From the NCBI GenBank assembly GCA_002633005.1, contig NMRA01000021.1, positions 906,298 through 970,297 of the forward strand: a stretch of DNA of 64,000 bases. The letters run 5' to 3'. Source of the DNA: Phoronis australis (taxonomy: Eukaryota > Animalia > Phoronida). Numbering within the stretch: the first letter of the stretch is position 1; every line of letters begins with the position of its first letter. This document shows, piece after piece, positions 52,828-64,000 of this stretch. The notes under the pieces were generated by a model. The model saw nothing but the letters and a program-made list of their open reading frames with translations, ran no database searches and was not told the origin of the DNA. The translations under genes were made by a program, and so were the position numbers.

Positions 52828-53504
52828 TTATTGTTGTTCATCACGTTTAACGCTGGTTTATCACCACACAGCTGAAGACACAATACTATGGTGGAATAGA
52901 TTGGGTTAATGAAACGCCACGCAAGTTTTGTGACAACCACTACGTAAATCCCGGCGTGGTCGAGAAAAGATTTTTGACGAAGTCCTGTCACTGATCCTAG
53001 ACACCGCAATATCCACCCTTTCAGGGGAAGGTGGACAAGTTAAGTATTAGAAATATTCCTGCTTACAATTTCATTTTTTATTACGACATATATTATCAAG
53101 AACCTGTATTTGGGGCAATAAGACGAAAATCTAGTGTTGAGGTTGCATTATGGGAAACTCGAAATTCACAAGTGAAGCAGGAAGCTTCTCACAGAGGTGC
53201 CTTAACTGATTATTGTTCTCAGTGTCGAACACAAATACCTTTATTCATTAGCAGCCGCAAGTGAATGCCGAGTCTCCCATGGCCTAATTGTTGCTGCGCT
53301 TAGGCCTGCGTGTCCAGGTATCAAAAGCCAAGCAGACTAGTTCTACAGAAGTGTGCATATTGTTCAGCATTTGTCCTGTAGCACACAATTAAAGTATTCT
53401 AATGTCAGGTTTTGTTCAGTTGACTCGGTGACAACACATGTTGAAACAGACTTTCCTAAGGAGATACTATAGGATTCAGAATCCTAGGGAGATATGATTG
53501 AGCT

Positions 53505-56500
53505 TCACACGAAGGTGGACACTGCCGTCGGAGCTTGGCCGTCCTCTTTGGATTGCCTTTGATTGGATCCATATTGACCGATAAACGAGCCGTCCTCGTT
53601 GAACTTTGTTGGATCGTCCTCATAAACGCCAAGACTGTCTGTGTCACTCTCAACGCCAGGTTTAGTATCGCTATCAAGGGAGGGGCGTTTCTTTTTGGGA
53701 GGCTCTTCCCTGAAAACAAAACCATCAGAATTCTTCAGCAGCTGAAGTTATCACTCCAAACCTCACTGCAAGTGCAAATTTATATTTTTGTGTCATTTCA
53801 GTAGCTTGGCATTTCACGATTTTTCACTATGTTAAAATCACGCAGCGCGACTGCTGGATTGACAACAACTGTTTGACATGACCCACACGGTAAGGGGCAT
53901 ACCCGGTGATTCAAATACTTAGAGGAAACCGAGAATAGTGTCTGCAGCTTCGTGAACTGTGGGAATACCCTGCATTCCTCGAACGAGTGTTGGATGGATA
54001 TCTTAAGACATTCGTCTTGAATACACGTATGTGTACATGGCTTTCAAAACACAAAACAAACAGGACTTACGGTCTTTTGAATTCTTCGAAGGTGCGCTCG
54101 GGAGGGTCGTCAACTGCAAATGCCAAGGAACACAAAATGTAAGCACGTCCAAGAGATTTCAGCTACATGTACATAAACAAATGCATGCATAATTTACATG
54201 TACGCATGGGATTAGAAGAATCGCACTGTACTATCGCAATGGAATGGAACTGCTCAAGTACCCCATAGACTAAACAATAGTATGGAGAAAGATAATAGCG
54301 AAAAACAAATTAGATATAAATACACTACCAAGATGGCAGTCATCTACATTTCATTTCTTCAGTTGTCTTAAATTTGCTAATTACAGGTTGCTTCACCAAA
54401 ACAGTTGTGAGTTTGACCCTAAAAACGTGACTGTGAGCGGGCGATTTCTCAAAATGAGGCCAAATAAATTGCACTGGTAATAGGGTTAAATTTAACATAA
54501 ATGCAAGAGTAAAGAATCAAGGGACACCATAAAGGATTACGTTTATTGAGTGGAACCATTCAATACGCGGTCACATTCTAATGCTCTGCTAGCTGAGCCA
54601 AACTACTTTCGATAAATGGCAGAGTATTTGTCGATTTCAATAAATGTCTGAGAGGCAACCGCGATCATTGGCTACTTCTAGTTAAACCAAACAACAGATT
54701 TTGCTATCCTATCCAACAATAAACTGAAATCTACGTTTTTTCGGCCGTAGCCTAAAACCGGTAATGTCCCTTTAAAAAATGAACCGTATAGCTTGACGTG
54801 TGTGTGTGTGTAGTTGTGTTTACAGGCATGACTTACTTCGATACTTCTGGCCACGGTTGTAGCGAACCCAGCAAACGATAAAGAGGGCGATAATAAGAAG
54901 AACTAAGATCACCATCAATACGATAAACCATACTCCAATAGAGGGCGAGCCAACCTTACGCCCAAGAGCTGGAACGAAGAGTAACAAAATAAAGGACAAT
55001 AATGAAATGTAGATACTTGTATAAGTTATAATGCAACAAAGAGAAAGTATAGATCCGCCGCCACTCAGCGAAATGCTAGCCAGGGAACCATGATCACAGT
55101 TAGGTACTCGTCTCTCGACCGTTGAGCAACGAGCGTTGCTGTAACTTTAATTAAAATGATTGTGGTCCGTAGGCATTTCCTTCATGGCAACTGCAACTCC
55201 ATGCAAAAACGAGTAGCGGCTAAATGGCTAAGTGAGGAGAAAAACCAGTATTATAAATGTGACGAAAAAAACTGTCCAGTGCAGGCGGAATATGCCTGTG
55301 CACACAGCTATCAAATACCCGGGGCTCTTGAAAAAGAGGGTTGGTTAGGACATGCCGCCAGCTCGGGGACTCTTGCTCTCTCCTGTATTATTTCGGTTGG
55401 ATATTCTGCACTGTCTTTCAGATTTGTTAAGGAGCAATGAACAGAAACCTAATGTAAAAATAACCTATGGATTTGAAAAGTTAATGTTGTAGAATTGGTC
55501 TCACCCTGTTACTTGCTAGGAACGGAATTGATTTCTAGACGTGAAAAGAACTGACAGGGTCTTATTGGTTCAAAGGCAAGTTCACTAACTTGTAGGGCAT
55601 GTTTGTTACAACCGTTAGAGTAGTATGGCCACCAGGGGGCATTCCAGGCGATTTTCGCAACCAGTTTCGTTTTAGCAAAGCCGTGGAAGAGCAAATGCCT
55701 TTGTAAAGAAAGTTAGTGTTTTATCATCAGAACACGGTTTAAGGGGGCTTAAAGTGAAGGAGTTCGGAACGGGGTGCCCGTTTTCCATTTTTCCATTTAG
55801 CTATGCATTGAGTTGTTTTGTGTTTTTGAATGTGCGTTTGCACACACTCCATTGACTTTGCGTAGACAAGAATTACACTGGGATTAAATTACACAGAATG
55901 ACATTATTAAATACTAGACCATCCGAAGTCACCTTCGTAAATGATCTGTGTTACATTTTGGGGCAAGATCGATTTTTGAAATTTTGCTGCATAGATTTAT
56001 ATATTTGTATAGCTATTGTAACTTCCAGTAAAGGGCCGGACTATGTGCTTCAAGTCATTAATTTATGGTTTACAAAATAAAAGAAACAAAAACACATTAC
56101 AGACGCACCAGTGGGTTCGGCAAGGTTGACGTCAATCGTCTTGGACGCAGCTTTGAAAGTGGGTCCGTTGGTAGCTATGACTCTGACTTGATATGTTTCA
56201 CGAGGTACAAGATTGGTTAGGTTCTGCCAAAGCCTTTGCGAAACAGGCTCAGTGGCGTTCCAATCCTTGGCACCTGATGCGGCAGAAACAAAACTGCATT
56301 GTTAATAACAGTAATATCTAGGGTCACACTGGGAGAGTGTTCCGCAAATCTTCTTTCTTGTGAGAAAAGCAAGATCGCGTAAGACCTCGAAAAACTGCGA
56401 GAATGAAAAGCGAGAGTCTCGCGAATACGCTCAAGAGTTTACTACACCGTAGTCTGTCGAACAAAAATGGCAGCCACCGACGTTATAAGGTGGTTTGAAA

Positions 56501-59500
56501 GAATGGAGGATTGAATTGTGGGATTGAATTATCTCTGTTCCATAACCGCAGATACACTGTAACGCTTTGCGGTCTACGGAACTTATCTCGGATATTTCAG
56601 AAAATTGTCACATATATTCGAACAACCAAAAAATGAGATTAAAACAACTGTCAGAGTGGAGCAGAACTGAGTCGAGTTTTTCACGTTTCATGGTCAATTT
56701 TCAACAGTTTTCCTGGATGCATTGGCGACAGTCTTGCTAAGTCATGCGAATTCGTTCTAAATAATTTGAAAATAGACAACGCCATGTCTGTTCCTTAATG
56801 TGACAACTAGACAGGGCACGCGCTTTTTAGCGCGTGTTACTAACGAGTAGTTTCGAACACTTGCTTAACCTGCTCGAAAATGAGAACGAGGTTGTATTTA
56901 TATAAGAGCCAATCATGGTTTCGAAAATGATCATGTGGGCCTACCTTTTAACTTATACTGTACGTAGAAAGCACTAGCTGGTTTGTACTTGGTGTCTTTA
57001 TTAGGTACCCACGTGACATTCATTGCGGTGTTGGTGTAACCGTTGATAGCTATCTGTGGTGGCCCAGGAGCTGTAATACGTGAATGGATATCATACAGTG
57101 TATTTATTATGCCACTACTTTAACCAATGTGTGAATTTAAATTCTAGTTTGTTTTAATAATTAAAAAACAACCAATTGTCATTTCTTAATCTCTCTATTA
57201 AACGTACAGAGGGCAGTGTGTTCTGCAAAGTTATGCATAGCTAATGTAAAATGTAGTAGCATGTTTGCGGATACCCAGTGGACGAGTGCCATTGGTAAAT
57301 TTTTGACACATCTTATTTTCTGAAACTATTCGATTTAGCAATAAAAATGTAGTCTACGCTCTACTCACGGCCGCTACTTGAAGTACTGACAACGGTTGCC
57401 ATCGGTGCTCCACGACCTTTCTTTGTCTTGGCATAAACGTATATATTATACGTCTCGTCCGTATCCAAGCCGGTCACTTTGGCCGTTTTCTGAGTGGGAT
57501 CCCATTCGGAATCGTCCAATTTCTGAACCGGCTCTTCGTGACCGTCGACCACTGCAAATGGACAAACCAAAGGCCAGTGAACCATCCATTATTAATCGGT
57601 ATTATTAATCGGTAGACCGCCACACGTGAAGTGGCGAAACACTAATTTGTACGGGGTGTGACGACAATTGCTAAACGCTCACCGATTTCACCCCTACTCA
57701 TCAGCAAACGTTGTGTCCCAAAAATCACTTAGTTGACTTTCAAATTATTCTCTCTCCATCTGCATATGCCAACAGCTTTGCCCGACAATTCAGTATTTTT
57801 TTAATTGAGAGGTGTTGCTCCTATTTGTTGAGGGTAGTAGACAGTGAGGCAGACTAACACTTTTTACTACTATTGTCAGAGTAGGTATGTAACTAAATAC
57901 GCAAGTTTTGTGGAAATAAACAAGCAAGTTTTATGAAAACACATGTTAAACCGCTACCTTTAGCATAGTGCACTTCGTAACCGATGATCTCTCCGTTTGG
58001 TTCCAAGGGATAATCCCAAGACACTGTCACGTGTTTGGGACCAATCTCGTCAACTCTGAGCTTTTCAACCGGACCGGGAACTGTAATGAATGCATAAATT
58101 TATTAGCAACAGATTTTTGAGCCAACTCCTGTCCTAGGAATCAAATGTTGTGTACATTGGCCGTAAAGGTCTTTTATCCCGTCATCGAAAAGTAGATTAG
58201 ATCATGGTAAGCAATACTCGTGTCACTTCGCCTCACAGATCTTACCATTCTGCTTAGTCAATTTACCACAGATCAGCTTACTCACTTGTGCACCGGAGGT
58301 GCGTTTTAAAGCAAAAATTCGTGATTTGAAGCCGACTTTTGATAGTGTTTCGCGAATATGCGGGACGATAATTGCTGACCATACCCCAGCAATGGCGTGC
58401 TCCGAAAAATTCGGTCAGTGAGGTCGGAGTGTTAAAAATGAGATAAAATACACTGTTTCCGTTCGATAAGAGAAGATTTCTTGACACTGGTGCTTCGCGA
58501 GTTTCTTGCGACACTGAAACACAGCCCACAAATGAGTTCCTTAGACACAAGAAACTTGCAAGTGAATCATATCGCTTACAATGCATGGCAATATATCGTG
58601 AAGACTTGCGTGCTCTCGCCATCGCAAGAAATTTGCTTTACGGGATGAAGCCTAGCAAACGCTTCATTTTGGCGACATGTTGCAACAGAGGTTCAGTAAT
58701 TATTACATCCTGGATTAAACTTTCCTCTGTTGCAGAGGTAGAAAAACGCGTTGCATGATTGCCCTAGTTTTCGAGAGTCAGCAGTGCTGAGCAGGGTCAA
58801 AAAAAGCAAAAAGCGATCGCCTTACTGAGCTTTTATTACAAAAATTTTGATGTCAAACTCGCAACACAATATTAGAGAAGAAACCTTTACTGACACCAGA
58901 AGGACGAATGGCTAAATAAAATCAATGCGAAAATGTGATAAGGACGCCAGCACAACTTTGAGGCAAGAGTCCTTACAGACGCGTAGCATTGTGGATATTA
59001 GTGGGTCGGTGATGAAGCAGTCTGGAAAGCAAATCAAAATCATTATAAGATAGAACGGACAGCAACCTATGATGCCCCGCCCATGAGGGAAGGCAAAATT
59101 CCGTAAGAGGAATTGGTACTAGTTGACAAGACTTCGCCCACATAGCCAGATTAGTCCACTTTCATGCAATTTCAACTTCCAGACACTCAATATTACAACC
59201 GAGCATTTACATAGAATGACGCATGTATGAGTGGACACCTTGTCAAGCACCCACCTCCTTCGTCCGTCGTAACGTATGCCAGGTCAGATGGTTTTCCAGT
59301 GTACTTTTTATTGATCACCATGACACGAGCTTCGACGTTAGAGTATGGGGGTAAAGTTTTGACAGTGATGGAGATCTCTCTTCCTGCCACGGGCTGTTGA
59401 CGCCGAAAGCGTCGAACATATCGCGTTTTCCATTCTTTACCTTCATCAGCGACATCTCTCAACTTTTCAATCCAAATCTTTTTCTCACCAGGCTTCCCCC

Positions 59501-62500
59501 TCTTCCAAAACTCGATCTGCAAAAGCGCAGACGCTTGTCTTCAAGTCATACGAGTTAATTTAGCGCAAACTTTGTGTTAATACCAGTTTCAGATTTTTAG
59601 CTTAGAGATAGACTCCCTAATTTTACACTATTGGGTATATCATCACCTAGATTCGCAATCTTGGATTTGACATCACATCTTACGGTACCTTATAACCCAC
59701 GAAGAAGCCATTAGTTGCCTCCGCACTTTCATCGACTGCATCCATCAGAAACGTGGCCTGCTTGTCGGTGACTTCCTGGGTTTCATCCAACCGGAAATTT
59801 TGGACCACTTGCGTCGGAACTGTGAATAAAATGAATTAATAATTCCAGTGGGGCTAATTCGTATATTTCTCGAAGCATGGGTTAACTTCCTGTACGCGTC
59901 TTTCCGCTACGTGAGCATAATTCAAGACTGTACAGACAATCCGAGCGTGGTGCCTATTACATGACTGACATTTAAAAACCTCTATAAAGTCCAGGAATTG
60001 AAATTGCACCAATTATTTACATTTTTAAAATCATTTAGTTATAATAATTTCATCAGCTATCCCTTTTTGCGGAGGTAGGAAACTCTTATTAACATGGGCG
60101 GCGCACCATAAGGGGCTGGGGGGCTATAGCCCCACGTTTTTCAGTGCTGCTCCACCCATGGTCTGTGGGCGGTGCATCACAGGGGGGCTGGGGGGCTATG
60201 GCCCCTCCCCCAGTGGTGCGCCGCTCATGATCGTGTACATGTAATTTTTACGAAATGCGGCAATCACACTTTCCAAGACGTGTCGGACAAGTGGAAAATG
60301 TCATACAGCGCAAGAATTCAATGGTGTCGGCATTACAACTTATACCCCATTAACGAATAAATATCGTAGAATGAGAGTGATACAGTGGTATGCACGTCAT
60401 TTCAATGGCGCCATTTTGGTAGGATAATGTCGCAGTTGTGCTACATCTTGCTTTTTACTGATATGCAAGAAACAATGTCTACGGAACGCTCTTCAGGAAG
60501 TAACCAGTGGATGCCTCTTAGTACTCTGTGATTCTTCTCTCTAACAAAAACACAGTGGTGCCTTCAACCGAGATTGGTAGATAAGTCAGTATTCCTTTTC
60601 CGATGTGCAGATATTTATTGCAAACAGTCTGTAAGAAACACCTGTCCAGACGTCTGCATTACATTTGGGTATAGAATTAGAGCGAAAGTTTGGCCAACTT
60701 ACCGTCTTCTCCGGAGTAACCTATTACTTTGTTGCCAGGGTTTCTGTTTATGCCGAGGTCATTCTGGGACGTGACTTGGACCTCATAAGGCTTGTAAATC
60801 GGCATGTTGAAGAAGACTTTTTTGTCACCCGTTCCGGGGGGCACCAGGACGTAATCCAAATCAAACATGTCCAGTCGTCTGTAGGACACCTTATACTGGA
60901 AACCCTTACCACCGTAAGCAATACGAGGAACAGGCTACAAATGACAGTAATAACTTGAAATCGTTGTCTAGTAACATGAGTACAATTTTTAACGCTGTCA
61001 TTTAACTCCTTATTCTGTCAAAAGTAACTTTTTACTTAGTCCACCTCCAACTATGAAATTGGGCTCAAATTGTTTCTTAGGCGGAAAAATTATTTCTGGA
61101 ATTGGGAAGAACTGAATTTCTTGCCGAAATAAAAATAAAAGCCATTTTACATATCGTATTAATTTGATTCAATGCTTCTCTTACCCAGTGTACGATGTCC
61201 AACCAGACGTCAATGTTTCAACATTTTTGCTAAACACGTATTGCAACGGTTTCGCCATCAAGACATTACATAAATTTTGCGTTTATAGAGTTTACACCTT
61301 ACGTGCGAAGACAGACCATTACCATACATGTAAACTTCTCTCAAATCTAATTCAGTGGATATGTTTAGATAGCCATTAATACCAATTAAGCAGCTGAAAT
61401 CAATTTAATTTGACAATGAAAATAAAATTTACCGGCAACAACACAGTTGGCTGCTTCATTAACAAATTACATGCATTCGACACATAATAAAATATAATAA
61501 ATTTAAATATCAGAAGCCTCTAGTGTCTAAAGGGAACATTGCTTATTTTTTACTCATTTATTTATTATTCATTACAATGAGAGTGACCCCATCCGCAGTT
61601 TTCACTGCTTACAACAGCAGTTTTTGATGGTAATGCGTTTAGAAAAATACAGATTCTTAGTTATCTTGGAAAGACACCCGCCTTGGTTATGCATTCATTA
61701 CTATTGCTGGATTGAATACAGTCTGTTTCAGCCATTCGTGTTTGGTGGAAGTAAAGTTAGAAACCGGAAGCTGACCTCTTGACATTTGGTGTGTGTCACT
61801 CTTTATTGTTGCATGGATGCTGAGTTTACCCCAAGGGAACAGTAATTTACGTTATAAACGCCTTTCTAAGATAACCACGAGTGTGTATCTGAAGTAAAGC
61901 TAATATATAAATTGACTGCATTCCCATGTTAAAGCTCATAGGAGTAAAAATCCCCACATGGAAACAATGTGGTTCAACAGTGCGCATGTAACGATCACTT
62001 ACATCCCACGCAACTACTAGCTTCCTCTGTCCCTCGTCGAGAACGCTCACATTTTTCGGGTTCACTTCAGGTCTATTTTCAGGAGTCCTACAGTAGTTTA
62101 CCGTATTTCTCTTTGCTACGGTGGGTCTGCTTGTCCCTATTGCGTTGCGCGCGCTGACCCGGAAGTAGTAATCATTTCCGGGATACAGAGCAATGTCACT
62201 TCCACGAGCGTAAGAGTTCACTTCTCCTTCCAGTGTCCATTGTGTTTCTGAGGTATTGTATTCAACAATGTAGCCGAGAATGGGGGAGTTGTTGTCTATG
62301 GCACCTTCCCACGTGATTCTTGCTTCACGCGGTTGGCAAGATCTAATGACAACGTTTTGAGGGGCATCGGGTGCAGCTGAAATCAAAACATTTTAATGCT
62401 GATCACTGTTAAATACATGACAACATGTGAGTTCCTTCTCATGTGCTGTATTAGGCCAACCACATCATATCCCACTGACGTAGCAACAACACGAAATTTC

Positions 62501-63459
62501 TATGTGTTAAAGCGCCCTAATTCCGTGATTTAAACAGTCATTGCATCTCTTCTAAAACAGATGGGTTAAACTGCAACGTTATACAACTCCTCTGCAAGTA
62601 AAAAGGTGAATACCTCTTCGATTAAAAAAATCCCTAAAGATAGCGATATGCAGCCAACGAGAGTGAGAGTCAACTACGCCTTCTGATATTTAATACCTAG
62701 AACTATGGATGACTTCGATGTCACAGCTTGATAGGCCTTAGCGGGATAGGCAGAGCTGGGGGTTGCGATGGACTGGAATTTCGGTCATCGGATGTACATG
62801 TAGAACAATTGTCACTCTAAGAGACTAGGCAGGTCAAGGAGTAATCTGGGTGTGTGACGGACACATGTACAGTGACGTCGTAGCAAGTATAATATCTTTT
62901 TGACAGTGTCAAAGCTATACCTTTCAGCTGTCAGAAAATTTTGCGAGGGACCTCTCCTTAAATATGCTCTTTCCCGTTCAATCAGCTAATTAACTCAAAA
63001 TCCATTTTGCAGCGGAGATAGATGTTAGTTTTCCAATGGCATGCTACAAGGAAGATAGTAATTACCATCCTCAATTTATCATCATTTCATTGGACTCAGT
63101 ACCTTGCAGAGCAGGGGCAGACGGGGCAGCCGACGGGGCAGCGGTCCCGGACATCCACATGGGGGGGGGTCTAACCAGTCTATGAATAAACCGTCTGAAA
63201 TTGTGCTTGATTTGTAGTTGAATAAAGTTTCTTTTTTATGTTTTTATGTTTCATCTTTTTTTGCTTTTGTGATTGGATATCTGGTAGAGTTTCTTGACTC
63301 GTTACCTTGTACGACCAATGCAGCCTCTGCAGTGGCTTCATCAACTCCATTACTAGCATTACACGTGTAAGTCGCCGTGTCGTTCAAAGTGGCTGGCGTT
63401 ATCTTCAGGGTAGCACCGCCATCTTCCGTGGAATATTTCCCATCACTCATGTCTAGCGC
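53505..63459 (-). CDS. Nrg: L1CAM-family cell adhesion molecule (neuroglian/NrCAM-like), 3' portion; gene continues beyond the window
   Basis: Phase-compatible minus-strand exons: 63306-63459 (Ig C-terminal half, DTATYTCNASN), 62003-62376, 60703-60934, 59689-59819, 59255-59516, 57958-58080, 57369-57551, 56945-57070, 56109-56273 (five FN3 domains), 54837-54968 (TM: WFIVLMVILVLLIIALFIVCWV then RYNRGQKY), 54071-54113, 53505-53709. The last exon encodes 'ESDTDSLGVYEDDPTKFNEDGSFIGQYGS...AVSTFV*', including the ankyrin-binding FIGQY signature of the L1 family. Confidence 0.92.
60093..60229. mobile_element. GC-rich MITE (family A) in a neuroglian intron
   Basis: TIRs CATGGGCGGCGCACCA / TGGTGCGCCGCTCATG; similar in reverse orientation to 11880-12024. 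Confidence 0.7.
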
Positions 63460-64000
63460 CTGGAAGTTGAATGTGTTTGTTTAGAGAGGTTTGCATGTCA
63501 AAGACAGCATTAATCTTGTTGAGTCACATTCTCTAGTTTTATGAATCTGTGTTGAGGTGGTGAGCGTGTAACACGGATGGTGGGACCTTCCATTTGTTTA
63601 CATCAGCCGTCACCGTTGGTTGTGTTACAATTTCAGGCAAAAAGAATGGAAGAGGATATTTTTTCGTTTATATTCTAACATTAAGGTTTCATACTAATGG
63701 CGGTTCGTATCGCATCAACTTTTAGCGAGTTTCCACTAAAAAGCAGAACGTTTCTTTTTTGGTCAGTGTTCGTACAGCAACTGGTGTGCCGACCACACAT
63801 CATTAAAAGGTGTGCCGACCAAAAACATTGAAGCCACGTGTCTCAGATAAGACTCATTTAGACTCTCCAGTCTGTGTGGCAAATGACCACATAGTGTATA
63901 GACCTATTTACTAGTATTTCCATATTATAAGTAGTCATAATGTCTTCAGCAAGCAATAAATGTGTTACCAAATCCCTGCGTTACTACCTACATAGCAGTA

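Overview
Eukaryotic, intron-rich, AT-rich invertebrate (metazoan) genomic DNA, not prokaryotic. Most ORFs in the supplied track are spurious or are single exons. By hand-splicing GT-AG exons I reconstruct four host genes: (1) a complete 15-exon myotubularin-related phosphoinositide phosphatase MTMR14 (+, 13580-32051, about 545 aa, CX5R motif HCISGWDR); (2) an MS4A/CD20-like tetraspan gene with an intronless CDS (-, 43219-43800); (3) a small secreted protein consisting of a signal peptide plus a lone Caspr/Neurexin-IV-type fibrinogen-like domain (+, 48456-51427); (4) the 3' part of an L1CAM/neuroglian gene (-, 53505 to beyond 63459: last Ig segment, five FN3 domains, TM, FIGQY tail), convergent with gene 3. 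The first 13 kb is a transposon graveyard with a probable AcademH-like relic (transposase-like plus RecQ-like helicase fragments), an integrase-deleted Ty3/Gypsy element, an AcademX-like (XPG-motif) relic and stacked MITEs. A decayed BEL/Pao retrotransposon lies just 3' of MTMR14. There are also several MITEs, three minisatellites and two N-flanked duplications that are probably assembly artefacts. No CRISPR, rRNA or intact tRNA gene was seen. All family assignments come from remembered motifs, not from database searches.
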